Origin: the human T2T-CHM13v2.0 reference genome, Homo sapiens
Assembly (NCBI RefSeq): GCF_009914755.1
Contig: NC_060928.1
Reading direction: 5' to 3' (one strand)
Length of the DNA stretch: 64,000 nucleotides
Positions 29,896-47,899 of this stretch are shown here, piece after piece. The notes under the pieces were generated by a model, which saw nothing but the letters and a program-made list of their open reading frames with translations, was not told the DNA's origin and did no database searches. The first letter of the stretch is position 1; each line of letters opens with the position of its first letter. A program made the position numbers and the translations under genes.

Positions 29896-30309
29896 ATGGT
29901 GGGCGCCCCTCCTCCAGCCTCATTGCTGCCTTGCAGTTCGTTCTCAGACTGCTGTGCTGGCAATGAGCGAGGCTCCCTGGGCGTGGGACCCTCCAAGCCA
30001 GGTGCAGGATATAATCTCCTGGTGTGCCGTGTGCTAAGACCGTTGGAAAAACACAGTATTAGGGTGGGAGTGACCCGACTTTCCAGTTGCCATCTGTCAC
30101 AGCTTCCCTTGGCTAGGAAAGGGAATTCCCTGACCCCTTGTGCTTCCCTGTTGAGGCGATGCCTCGCCGTGCTTCGGCTCATGCTTGGTGGGCTGCACCC
30201 ACTGTCCTGCACACATTGTCCAACAAGCCCCAGTGAGATCAACCCAGTACCTCAGTTGGAAATGCAGAAATCACCCATCTTCTGCATCGCTCACACTGGG
30301 AGCTGTTGA
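29896..30309 (+). CDS. L1 ORF0 (antisense 5'UTR ORF), open for 137 aa (175 aa from upstream ATG 29782)
   Basis: MVGAPPPASLLPCSSFSDCCAGNERGSLGVGPSKPG...RVGVTR matches primate ORF0; strong Kozak context gcaATGG. Expression not shown. Confidence 0.55.
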   Translation: MVGAPPPASLLPCSSFSDCCAGNERGSLGVGPSKPGAGYNLLVCRVLRPLEKHSIRVGVTRLSSCHLSQLPLARKGNSLTPCASLLRRCLAVLRLMLGGLHPLSCTHCPTSPSEINPVPQLEMQKSPIFCIAHTGSC

Positions 30310-30689
30310 CTGGAGCTGTTCCTATTCGGCCATCTTGAAACTGCCGTGCTGGTGGAGAAGCTTATTGCAGGGTTGGAATGTCTCTGGTTGGAGGGGAGGT
30401 TGTGTCGGGGCTGGCATATCTCTGGTTGGGGAAGGGTTTAGGAGTGGTTTATGGTCATGCTGACCTTAGCCATTAGGCTGATACACTTTGGATTTAGGCA
30501 GTGTTTGATCAAGGGGAACTTTAGAATGGCGGTGCTTGTCCAAGATGGTGATGCTCCTGCTCTGTCAAGTATCAGCCACAGTTGCACTGCTTTTTGAAGA
30601 GCTTGAGTATGGTAACTGTTGTCTTTGCCTGGCCTCCTTTTCTTTTGGATGACAGACTACACCTGCACAATACAGTATGTTGGTAACAG

Positions 30690-31080
30690 TGCTCCATTCT
30701 CCTGGCCACAGTGTTTGATTCAGGGATGTGCCAAACTGAGATGATTTTATTCTATTTTGGATGGAAGTGGTATGGAATTATCTATTTTCTCCGTTTGTGA
30801 GATTGCAAATTTTGCCTGCAGAACTGCCTACAGCAATGTCATACTTCACAAAAGCCCGAGAGAGAGTGAAGCTGATGCCCAGGGGGCAGGCAAGCCTGAG
30901 AGAGTCCTGATACTTTTAAAATTTCTCCCTCTAGTCCCTTAGGTCCTCAGGGCTGTCCTGGTTCCTGCAGCCCTTCTCATTCTGTTGCTACTACAGGAGT
31001 TTGCAGTACACCCCCCTTCCTTTTTTTTTTTTTTTTTTAAATAGGTTAGTTTTGACCTTCTGTCCGTGGCAATATACTAA
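30690..31080 (+). mobile_element. Old MaLR/ERVL LTR relic (MLT1K-like)
   Basis: cctggccacagtgtttgattcagggatg and gagagtcctgat motifs; highly degenerate. Confidence 0.35.
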
Positions 31081-31234
31081 GGCATAGCACTCAGTGTCTT
31101 ACTCACTAAAGAGACAGAACATATGTGAAAGGGGACCCCACAACTTGTTGCAGTTCAGCTGCACTGGGAAACATCCTTACTTTATTTTCTTGAGGCAGAT
31201 GAGGAAAGCGTCCCTTCTCAAATCTGGTGGCCAC

Positions 31235-31310
31235 TTTCCTGTCCTAAGACCTTTGCATACTTTTCCCTTCTGCTTAGGAAGCTTGTACTCCACTCATCCC
31301 TCCCCTTCAT

Positions 31311-31343
<33 letters not shown>

Positions 31344-31735
31344 AGACAGAGTCTTGCTCTGTTGCCCACGCTGGAGTGCAGTGGTGCGATCTGGGCTCAC
31401 TGCACCCTCCGACTCCTGGGTTCAAGTGATTCTCTTGCCTCAGCCTCCTGAGTACCTGGGAATACAGGCGTGTGCCACCATGCCCAGCTAATTTTCCCCT
31501 TCTTTCTTTAGGTTGAATGTCGGCTCCTCAGAGAAGCCTCATCACAGAAGATAACTGCTTCCTTCCCATCTCATCCTCTTACTACATGTAGTTTCCTTTT
31601 TCATAGCCCTTACCTCAAATATGATTATGTTTTCATTTGTTAGCTCACCTTTTTTGTTTGTCTCCCCCACTACAGTGTGAACTCCATGACAGCAAGGATC
31701 ATGCGTTTATTTATCAGTTATTCTGACACCTAGCT
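31235..31735 (+). mobile_element. L2 3' fragment, interrupted by an Alu
   Basis: gacctttgcatacttttcccttctgc...tcctcagagaagcct...gtctcccccactacagtgtgaactccatgacagcaagg. Confidence 0.7.
31313..31495 (-). mobile_element. 5'-truncated Alu (right arm only)
   Basis: T30 tail, right monomer ending at the linker. TSD tccccttc(a/t)ttcttt. Confidence 0.93.
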
Positions 31736-31737
31736 CT

Positions 31738-32327
31738 TTTATAAACTACAGGCTCCTTGGTTCCCCATGTAATGGCAATTAGCATGGAGCCAAGCAGATT
31801 TCCCAGACTAGGATTTATTTCAGAGCTTGTGGTCCAGTGCAAGGGAGACAGTGGAGGCACGGCACAAGGATCTTACAGCAGGCTCCTTGAGAAAGCCGAT
31901 AGGGATTTTTTTATGAGGCCGAGCATGGAATTGACCCTAGGGGTAAGGTATACAGGCTGGGCTGGGTAAAACATGTGAGAAGTAGTGTATGCAAGTCAGC
32001 ACATCTAGTTATCTCTAGTAACTGGCCTTCTGGTGGTCTGATGAGTGGTAACGCTGTAAATCAACTGTTCAACATTTTTTCCCAAGGTGGGACACTCTGC
32101 AGCCTTAGTTCTATGTTTAGATCTCCTAAGGCCAGTTTCTGGAATTATTTAAGTAAAAGGCATTGTTAAACATTATGAGAGCACAAAAGAATGGCTATTA
32201 TCTTTGTGTGACTAAAGCCTTGGGGTTAGCAGATATAGTCAGTAAAGCAGTGGTGTGTGTTTTGTGAAAAGAAGGAGAAAAAAGAAAAAAATATGTGAGG
32301 GAGGAGCCTCATCCCACTCCTATCTCA
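31738..32327 (-). mobile_element. Solo LTR (LTR47-like ERVL, family tentative)
   Basis: The minus strand starts tgagataggagtgggatgaggc; aataaa on minus near 31814-31819; 5-bp flanks gctct/gccct; interrupts the L2 end. Confidence 0.6.
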
Positions 32328-32806
32328 GCCCTTTTTATAATGCATTGAATAAATTAAAGAATAAAAAATTATTTTATACTCTTACTAAAAATAAGTACCT
32401 AATCAGGGTTCAGCTCTACCTAACAATTATAATCTTAAATCTATATCTTAAAATAGGCAAATCAGAGAAAAAAATACTCACTGCACTGATACATTTGGTT
32501 GACTACCAAATTCCCATTTTTCTCATCTTCTAGCAAACAGACCCATAATATCTTTTGCTTGTGGGAGGCAAAAGGGTCACCTTCAGTACCAGGCAACATC
32601 CTGATCAAAAAAAGGCAACTTTGGCTGATACATCTCCTCTCCAGCAGTTTGTTTAGGAATGGGCACAACTGGGGAGCAGCTGCTAGTGTATTCTGAAAAA
32701 GTGTTTTCTTCTCTCAACAAAAGGGGCCCAAGGAAGGCTGTTTTCTGGACTTTATTGACTGAAGATATGATGTCTAGAGTGTCTAAAGTCATCTGGAGCA
32801 TTGAGA

Positions 32807-33412
32807 TGTTGATGAAAAGAGTCAAACTCTGTAAAATATTTGAAGACATTTATTCTGAGCCAAATATGAGTGACCATGGCCACAGGCCCCAGGAGGTCCT
32901 GAACACATGTGCTCGAGGTGGTTAGGGTGCAGCTTGGTTTTATACATTTTAGGGAGACATGAGACTTCAATCAAATACATTTAATAAATACATTGGTTTC
33001 GTCCTGAAAGGAAGGACAACTTGAATCAGGTGGCAGGGGTGGGGGTAGGGGGCTTCTAATTTCTAGGTAGATTTAAATTTTTTTTGGTTGGCAATTGGTT
33101 GAGTTTATCTAAAGATCTGGGATCAATAGAAAGGAAATGTGTGGGTCGTGATAAGAGGTTATGGAGACTGCAGTTTTATCATGCAGATGAAGCCTCGGGG
33201 CAATAGGCTTCGGAGAGAATAGATTGTAAATCTTTCTTATCAGACTTCAGGTCTATGTTGATGTTAATGCTGGAGAGGTATAAAGAAGCATGTCTGACTC
33301 CCACTTCCTATCATGGCATGAACCAGTCTCTCAGGTTAAAACTTAAGAATGCCCTGGCCGAGGAAGTTCATTCAGATGGTTGGGGGCCTTAGAATTTTAT
33401 TTTTGGTTTACA
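32807..33412 (-). mobile_element. MER4A1-type ERV1 solo LTR
   Basis: The minus strand starts tgtaaaccaaaaataaaattctaaggccccc and ends gagtttgactcttttcatcaaca. Perfect TSD gaga/gaga. Confidence 0.92.
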
Positions 33413-33624
33413 GAGATGAGTAGCCACCATGGGGAGGGTAGCAGAAGGGAAGAACGAAAAGAATCACAGAATCATCTAGCCTCGAAAATACTCCTCTTCC
33501 CATTTCTTGTTAAGTGAAGTAATAAAAATATATTTATAAGATTAATTTTAATAGGTCTTTTGTTACTTGTAATCCAAACTGCTATTCTTAAGAATAATTT
33601 CTTAATAAGGGGTGCAATAAGGGA

Positions 33625-33627
<3 letters not shown>

Positions 33628-33676
<49 letters not shown>

Positions 33677-33686
33677 CACACACATA
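33628..33686. repeat. (AT)22 plus short (CA)n microsatellite
   Basis: Seen directly. Confidence 0.95.
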
Positions 33687-34384
33687 GTGATCGAATTATA
33701 AATTTATATTTTGTTAGAGAAAGACAGTAGTAAGTAAAGCCTTCATCAATAATCAGATATTACTGAGATATTTAATTACTTTTGATTGGATTGAGAAAAA
33801 TATCTGTAGATTCTGGTAGGGCATGGAGAAGTTCTGATCACTATTATGGAGAAGATTTATTAGGAAGGAGTCCAGTGAGGCAATACCATTTAAGATAATG
33901 CTTCCCCCATTTCATTTAGTAATACAAAATGAATGCCTATTTCAAGAACACTGGAGAATTGAAATGACTGCTGTGATAGTTCTAAAACTAAAATATACTC
34001 AAGAAAGAAATGTTTTTTTAAACAATGTTGTCTAATTATACTTAGGAAATAAAGAGGTCCTTAGTATTTATGAATCAGTAAGTGTTCTTTTGGTTTTCCA
34101 ACTGTGTTTTCTCTGTCAGAGATCTGTTAAATAGAACAAGAAACCTATTTACTATTGAATTTAAAATATTTTTTGTTTTTAACTAAGAAAGCTTTCATGT
34201 TATGAAAGAAAAAACAACCTTGCAAACAATAGCAAAATCCAAACAGTGGAAAAACTATGCACAGAAAGAGTAAGTTTTTCCCAACTTAGAACAATGGTTC
34301 AGTCCCCATTGGCAATGATTAATGTTAATTTTTCCATCTCAAATCTTTTATGAATAACTTGAATGGGTGAAGGAGCAGATTAAA

Positions 34385-34680
34385 CCATATATTGAACAAA
34401 TATTGATTGAGCGCTTCCTATCTATCAGGCATCATGCTTGGTGCTGGAAATGTAGCATGAAAAAGGTCACCAGTGAATCTGCCCTCAATGAGTTTGGGAA
34501 AATGAGTAGGGAAAGAGCCATAGCAATTAAAAGCATTTTCCTAAAGGTGGGATGTATCAGGGTAGTGAAGGACAGGTACTGGTAATAATCAGTGGAGGTA
34601 CTTAGCTTCATCTATAGTGTCGCAAAAGACCTGCCTGAGGAAGTGATGTGTATACTAAGACCTGGGGAAGGCAGGCAATG
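34385..34680 (-). mobile_element. L2 3' fragment
   Basis: aacaaatattgattgagcgcttcctat...aggcatcatgcttggtgctgg...ctgccctcaatgag...cctgaggaagtgatg. Confidence 0.75.
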
Positions 34681-35293
34681 TCTTTAACACATTTTTTCAT
34701 CTATTTTAGGGTATAAGAGGCAGAAAGAATGCTATACTGTCATATGCAATTTAAGTAGCTCTTGTGTTTTAGCACTTATTTCTGTCAGCTATAAGCCCAT
34801 TAGCATTATTAAGCTTTGAAGTGAATTGGTATTTTTTTTAAAGGATTAAGCTTTCAGAAGTAAAAATTCTTAATTTGGGGTTAAAAATAAATTGCTGCAA
34901 AAAACCTAAAATCCAAGTAGATAAATATATGCATGTCTTCTAAAATATAGCAAGTAACACAAAAGAAGGCCAAATGAACTTTAACTACAATATGAAGGAT
35001 TTAGTTTGAACATTGTTGAGAACTTTCAGGAAGAAGTTCTTAAATCACATCATTCATTTAACCAGTGTTAATTCTTTGCTTGACCAAACTTTAGTCAAGC
35101 TCCTGAAACTTCTCCTAGGCTTATCTGTGCATTTCTTTGTAAAATCCAGAAAAGAACACTGCTAAGTCAGTTTAGCAAGACTCCTCCCCGCTTGATATCT
35201 GATCACTCCCAATATCTGAAGAGGTTCCTCATCCTCCACCATCCCCCAGGTGATGTTTGATCACCTTGAACTGTCTTCAACAAGAATCCTATT

Positions 35294-36350
<1,057 letters not shown>

Positions 36351-36894
36351 ATAGCTTGAACCAGGATCCCCCTTACCCCTGATACTTCCCCTTAGTAATT
36401 TTCTATCCACCGATCCCCAGATCCCCACCCTGCTTATTGGCTATAAATTCCCACTTTCCCATAGTGTTTTCAGAGTTGAGTCTAGCCTCTCTCTTCCGTT
36501 GCAAAATCCTATTGCTGTTCTTCCTATACCTACCATGATGGTCCTGAATGAAGTCTGCCATACTCTGCTTTATCAAATATCATTGAATATAATTTCTTTA
36601 ATATAAGTTGGGGGAATTTAGAGTTTGTTGCTGATTTCTCACTATTATTTGAAAAATCCTAAATCTCACCCACTGTTAAATTAACACCTCTGGTGAAAGG
36701 CTGGTTTGATGGGATTTTAGAGAGTAAGGTCCAGGCTTTTTGTCATGAAGTCCAAGGACAATCACAGAAGTGCTGCATGTTCAGCTCAAGAACAGGATAT
36801 TTATGAGAGTGCATAAGTACTTTGTTTTAATGGTGAGGTGTACTGGGTTGTAAATTTTAGAAAATAACTCGGGTAAGGAACATCTGTTTATTCA

Positions 36895-37585
36895 CAGAGA
36901 ACTTCTCACTTTCACTGCCACTGTCTTTGTTCAGGCACTTACCATTTCTTGCCTGTATTGTTACAGTAAATGCCTAACTAGTTTTCTTTCCTATTATCTT
37001 GTGCCCTTCCAATATGAATTCCACTCTGTTGCCCAAGAGAGCTTTTAAAAGGGCAAACTTGACCATGTCACTCCACTCTCCTGCTTAAAAACCCTTCCGC
37101 AATATCCCAATGCCTTGAGGATTGCAATCAATCAGCTTCACAAAGTGTATCATCATTTCACTCTTGCCTCTTTTTAAAGTTCCTATCTTGTTAGTGCTTT
37201 ATACTTAACTTTTTACTTAGGCAGATGAATTACTAGCAGTTTCACAAAAAGCATATGGCTTCATAGGATTGTCTTTTTGTTTTTCTCTCTGCCGACATAG
37301 CCTCCATATTGTCTAGTACCCCATTAAGAGTTAATTACAGTGTTACCTTCCCAGTCTGAGGTAGGTTACATATTTCTATTCTATTCAGTTCTCCATAACG
37401 CCTTGTTTACAGGTCTAATAGAGTTCTAGCTTTATTGGGTTGAAATTGTTGAATCTCTTTTTTCTCTCTCTCTCGTAATACATCATGAATTCTTTTAGGT
37501 TAGGGGTTGTGTCTTGCTTGTCTTTATATACACAGACCTTAACATAATTTCTGGAAAATGGAAGGCAAATAATAGATGTGGCTTA
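36895..37585 (+). mobile_element. L2 fragment
   Basis: cactgccactgtctttgttcaggc...cctaactagtt...catgtcactcc...cctgcttaaaaacccttcc...gtgtcttgcttgtcttt. Confidence 0.75.
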
Positions 37586-37751
37586 TCAGAAATAAGTTTT
37601 GTTTTTTGGCACTGCTCATCTGGTTAATATACTGAGAAAACATGCTTTCTAGCATTTATTTACTTCTATTTGAAAGTGTACTTTACTTTGTTACCAAAGG
37701 TCTGGGGTCTGTTCTTAATGATTATGGTTCAAGGATTAGGAAGAATACTAA

Positions 37752-37992
37752 TGGTACAGTTAATTGGTTCAGAAAAGGGTCACTGGAGTCAGTGTGTTTG
37801 CGTTTGAATCTTGGGTCTTTAACTTATTAGCTGTGTGATTTTGAACAGATTACTACACTTCCCTAATACTTCAGCTTTTCCATCTGTGAAATAACACAGG
37901 GTTATTGGAGGATGAATTGAGACAATCCTTGTTAAACATTTAGGGTATCTGAAAGGAAGCAAGCATTTCATGAATGCCAGATATTATTATTT
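37752..37992 (+). mobile_element. MIR
   Basis: ctggagtcag...gtttgaatcttgg...ttattagctgtgtgattttgaacag...catctgtgaaat. Confidence 0.8.
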
Positions 37993-38219
37993 TAAGGATT
38001 TCTGCTTTTATTTCGTCCAGGGATCTGCTGGCATTCTTTGGAACCAGGCAAAAGCATAAAACGTGGTGCTAAGTACCGAGAATAGGGAGATTGAAATTGA
38101 TGAAGGCATAGCACTTTCTCACCAAATTTCAAAATGAAAAATAGAGATTCCCATAAGAGAGGAAAAAAGTACTTTAACTCAAAGAATTTAGAAGAATGGG
38201 AGATTATTTTCGCCTGGGC

Positions 38220-38448
38220 TAGGGTTCTCAGCCTCTGCACTACTGACATATTGAGACAGATTATTCTTTGTTGGGTAGGACTATCTTGTGCATTGTAGGG
38301 TGTTTAGCAACATTTCTGGCCTCTGCCCACTAGATGCCAGGATAATGTTCCCAGGTGTGAAAACCAAAAATGTTTCCAGGCATTGCCAAATATTCGATGG
38401 GGGATAGGCTGGGTGTGGGGTAAATTTGCTCCCAGTTGAGAACCACTA
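38220..38448 (-). mobile_element. MER20 (hAT-Charlie)
   Basis: TIRs agggttctca / ttgagaaccact; gtgcattgtaggg...ctggcctctgcccactagatgccag. Confidence 0.93.
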
Positions 38449-38757
38449 AGCTAGGGAAATTTGAGAAAATGTGGCCTAGATATTCGGGGAGTTGTGGGGT
38501 AAAGTTGGGCCAACTGTGGAGATAATTTTTTAAAAAATTATTATCATACTTTAAGTTCTGCGGTACATGTGCAGAACGTGCAGGTTTGTTACATAGGTAT
38601 ACACATGCCATGGTGGTTTGCTGCACCCATCAACCTGTCACCTACATTAGGTATTTCTCCTGATGTTATCCCTCCCCTACCCCCCTACCCCCTGACAGGC
38701 CCCAGTGTATGATGTTCCCCTCCCTGTGTCCATGTGTTCTCATTGTTCAGCTCCCAC

Positions 38758-42581
<3,824 letters not shown>

Positions 42582-42644
42582 TATGATGCTTGCTGGTTAT
42601 TTTGTCCATTAGTTGATGCAGTTTCTTCACAGTGCTGATGGTCT

Positions 42645-43666
42645 TTACAATTTGGTATGTTTTTCCAGTGCCTGGCACTGTTTTTTCTTTCCATATTTAG
42701 TGCTTCCTTCAGGAGCTCTTGTAACACAGGCTTGGTGTTGACAAAAATCACTCAGCATTTGCTTGTCTATAAAGGATTTTATTTCTCCTTCACTTATGAG
42801 GCTTAGTTTGGCTGGATATGAAATTCTGGGTTAAAAATTCTTTTCTTTAAGAATTGTGACTATTGGCCCCCACTCTTTTCTGGCTGATAGGGTTTCTGCA
42901 AAGAGATTCACTGTTAGTGAGGTGGGCATCCCTTTGTGGGTAACCCGACCTTCTCTGGCTCCCCTGAACATGTTTTCCTTCATTTCAACCCTGGTGAATC
43001 TGACAGTTATGTGTCTTGGGGTTGCTCTTCTTGAGGTCTATATTTGTGGTGTTCTCTGAATTTCGTGAATTTGAATGTTGGCCTATCTTGCTAGGTTGGG
43101 GAAATTCTCCTGGATAATATCCTGAAGAGTGTTTTGCAACTTGGTTCCATTCTCCTTGTCACTTTCAGGTACACAAATCAAATGTAGGTTTGGTTTTTTC
43201 ACATAGTCCCATATTCTTGGAGGCTTTGTTCATTCCTTTTCATTCTTTTTTCTGTAATCTTGTCTTCACACTTTATTTCATTAAGTTGATCTTCAATCTC
43301 TGATAGCCTTTCTTCCACTCGATCGATTGGGCTATTGATACTTGTGTATGCTTCACAAAATTCTTGTGCTGTGTTTTTCAACTCCATCAGTTCATTTATG
43401 TTCTTCTCTAAACTGGTTATTCTAGTTAGGAATTCATCTAACCTCTTTGGAAGGTTCTTAACTCTCTTGCATTGGGTTAGAACATGCTCCTTTAGCTCAG
43501 AGGAGTTTGTTATTATCCACCTTCTGAAGCCTCCTTCTGTCAATTCATCAAACTCATTCTTTGTCCAGTTTTGTTCCCTTGCTGGTGAGGAGTTGTGATC
43601 CTTTGGAGGAGAAAAGGCGTTCTGGCTTTTGGAATTTTCAGCCTTTTTGTGCTGGATTTTCCTCAT
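42645..43666 (-). pseudogene. L1 ORF1, disrupted
   Basis: N-terminal/coiled-coil peptide KAENSKSQNA...EFDELTEGGFRR...NEQSLQE, then a frameshift. Confidence 0.88.
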
Positions 43667-45068
43667 CTTCATGGATTTATCTCCATTTGGTCTTTGATGT
43701 TGGTGACCTTTGGATGGGGTTCCTGTGTGGACATCCTTTTTGTTGATGTTGGTGCTCTTTATTTCTGTTTGTTAGTTTTCTTTCTGACAGGCCCCTCTGC
43801 TGCAGGTCTGCTGGAATTTGCTGGAGGTCCACTCCAGACCCTCTTTGCCAGGGTATCACCAGCAGAGGCTGCAAAACAGCACAGATTGCTGCTTGTTCCT
43901 TCCTCTGGAAGCTTCATCCCAGAGGGGCACCCACCAGATTCCAGCCAGAGCTCCTGTGTGAGGTGTCTGTCCACCCCTGCTGGGAGGTGTCCCCCAGTGA
44001 GGAGGCATGGGTGTCAGGGGCCCACTTGAGGAGGCAGTCTGTCCCTTAGCAGAGCTTGAGTGCTGTACTGGGAGATCTGCTGCTCTCTTCAGAGCCATCG
44101 GGCAGTCTGCTGAAGCTGCGCCCACAGCCGCCGCTTCCCCCAGGTGCTCTGTCCCAGGGAGATGGGAGTTTTATCTATAAGCCCCTGACTGGGGCTGCTT
44201 CCTTTCTTTCAGAGATGCCTTACCCAGAGATTAGGAATCTAGAGAGACAGTCTAGAGAGGAAGAATCTAGAGAGACAGTCTGGCTACAGCGGCTTTGCAG
44301 ATCTGCGGTAGGCTCTGCCCAGTTCAAACTTCCTGGTGGCTTTGTTTACACTGTGAGGGGAAAATCGCCTCCTCAAGCCTCAGTAATGGCAGACGCCCCT
44401 CTCCCCACCAAGCTCGAGCGTCCCAGTTTGACTTCAGACTGCTGTGCTGGCAGTGAGAATTTCAAGCCAGTGGCTCTTAGCTTGCTGGGCTCTGTGGGGC
44501 TGGGATCTGCTGAGTTAGACCCCTTGGCTCCCTGGCTTCAGCCCCTTTTCTAGTGGTTCTGTCTTGCTGGTATTCCAGGCACTACTGGGTTATGAAAGAA
44601 AACTCCTGCAGCTAGCTCAGTGTCTGCCCAAACAGCCACCCAGTTTTGTGGTTGAAACCCAGAGCCCTGGTTGTATGGGCACCCGAGGGATTCTCCTGGT
44701 CTGTGGGTTGTGAAGACCGTGGGAAAAGTGTAATGTCTGGGCCGGTGTGCAGCGTTCCTCACAGCACACTCCCTCATGGCTTCCCTTGGCCAAGGGAGGG
44801 ATTTCCCTGATCCCTTGCGCTTCCCGGGTGAGGCAATGCCCCACCCTGCTTCTGCTTGCCCTCTGTGGGCTGCATCCACTCTCTAACCAGTCCCATTAAG
44901 GTGAGCCAGGTACCTCAGTTGTAAATGTAGAAATCACCCGCCTTCTGCTTTGATATCACTGGGAATTGCAGACTGGAGCTGTTCCTATTTGGCCATCTTG
45001 TTTGCAACTCTAGAGATAATTTTCAAATGAATCACATAGTTCAGAAGAGGCTTTATAAATTCATCTTG

Positions 45069-45378
<310 letters not shown>

Positions 45379-45808
45379 TTTATTCTTTGGGAAATCTTTA
45401 AAAATTGGATTTATTTTTATCTGTCTGAAATAAATTAGGTGTTGAGTTGGAGGGAGGAAGGGATTATCTGGATTTATTATTAACATTTGCAACTCCCAGA
45501 AGCTGATGATCATCTGGTGTATTCTCAGTGCATCAAAAGGCTAAAGACCAAAGGTAGGTGCAAAGATGCAAAGCATGGCTTCTGACCCAAAGGAGCTTGT
45601 CCATTGTAAACTCTTTAAAGGCAGAGGGCTATATGTTATGAGGTAAGTTTATGAGATACATTAAAAAGTGCTAGTTAGATATATCTCTATTTAAACAATA
45701 ACTTAAGACAATAAGAAAGGCACTTTCACAAGATTACTAACACAAAATTTTCTAGGAGTTTAGGGGAGGAAGAAAGCTTTTCAGGCTCAGTAATAGAGGA
45801 AGGCTTTA

Positions 45809-46145
<337 letters not shown>

Positions 46146-47459
46146 TTAGATGAGATAGGCTAGTGAAAAATCCTAAACAAAGAGATAGAGGTAGGAATGC
46201 ATGGGAGAGGTTTACAGCAGAGGATTGATTACCTAGGCCAGAGTTGAGGGTTTGGTGGATCATAACAGATGGGGTTAAAGAAATATTTGCATTTTGTTTG
46301 TTGAAGGCCAAATAGTTCCATTTATGCAAACTCTAGTAAAATGCTCTCTGGGGTCTTTGTGAAAAGCTAGCTCAGGGGCTTCGGACAGGATTTAAAGGGA
46401 CAGAACAAATGCTGCTCTGTTTAGACTCACGTGGTTTTCTCTGTGGTGCGCTCGTCATTTGTCAGGGCAGTGTACTTGTTCTGGTCCTGTTTCCTCTTCT
46501 CTGAAATTGGTTTTCAGAGAATCATGCACCCTTTGCTTGTGGCAGAAGTTTGAACTTCCAAAGCTGTCTCCTTTCTCTTTTTTCTCGGACTCCTTATGCT
46601 CTGGTTATATGGGTTATGGTAAAGATTGTCTTATTTTCTCAACAGCTTCCAAGCATTCTGGGCCATTTTTTGGGTGCCAGTAATAAACAGAGCTATTTAA
46701 ATATGACATCACACCTAGGTAAGTGCCATGTGTATTATCATATCCTGTTTCTTACAGTGTGTAAATGGAGGTGCACCAGAGGTAGCAACTACCAGCAAAT
46801 GAAGTCAACAAATAAAGGAATAACACTAAAATTTAACAGCCTCATCTATTGGCAGCCAAAAATCTTTCTATTTTTTTAGGTTTAAGTCAAGGTTATTCTC
46901 TTTCTCTTTGAAAAGATGAAAACAGTGCCAAATAAAAAAATATGAAAACACATCTAAAGGAATATATTTTTTAAAATATTGGCCAGGCCAATATTTTTAG
47001 GCAGCCACCTGCTTCCCCTAGGCCACTGACTCTTATTCACTGTGGACTAGATCGGACACTGCTGCTTCCTGCCTCTGAACAATCAACTCCTGCCATTCTT
47101 CTCCCTCTGGCAAGTAGAGAACACCTACTGCCTTTCATAACCAGCTCTTAGAGAAAGTGTTGCCCTTATATAGCTTTAGGGCCCCTCAAGAGCTGTTGTA
47201 CCAAGAGAGTGGTCCCACATATTGAACTCAGGTCCTATTGCTTGTTCTTGATTATTAATTTTCCTTAGGAAACAAACATCATTTTCCCTTTCAGAGCTCA
47301 TTTTACCTTGATAATCCTCAGTCTGTCAAACACATTAGAATAGATCGAAACTCCCACTCATTTAATTCCTACCTTCTATCCTTTATCTCTTACCATATCT
47401 AATTAGGGGTGTGATGAAGATCAGTTTTCGATGTGAATATTTTTAATAGCTTTTCTTCC

Positions 47460-47831
47460 CCAGTTTTATAACCCAGAAATAGTTCCTCAAGGACTTTTTG
47501 AAATGTAGTCACCATTGAAGATAGTGTCCCTATCTCATAGTTTCTTGGGTTGGTAGATGCCTTGCTCCAATTTGCATAACTACCTCCTCTTATAAAGATA
47601 TGAGAAGCTTATCCTTATTTGGATAAAGCCAGTCAGTAAACCCAGATAGCCTATGATTTCCTTCTAACATCCTCCAGTACTTTTCTACTAGATCATCCCA
47701 GTACTTAATAACCCTCTCACCCCTCGCTTCAGCAGAGTTGAGTTCAGGCCTCTGTTTCCCATTGCAATAGCCTCCAATAAAGTCTTCTTTACTTCTTTAA
47801 TTATTTTATCCAGTGCGATTTTTGCTTTGAT
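47460..47831 (+). mobile_element. ERV1 LTR fragment (MER67/MER89 group)
   Basis: gagttgagttcag...cccattgcaatagcctccaataaagtcttc...tccagtgcgatttttgctttga U5 end. Left boundary uncertain. Confidence 0.6.
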
Positions 47832-47899
47832 GATGATGATAGTTTTTATAGGTTTGAAGATTTGGAGACTAGGAAAATGGGGGTAGTAATGGAAATAGG

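Noticed and set aside
30368-30430. p53 response element expected in MER61
   Set aside because: The half-sites read agatatgcca and agacattcca on the minus strand; neither has the CWWG core.
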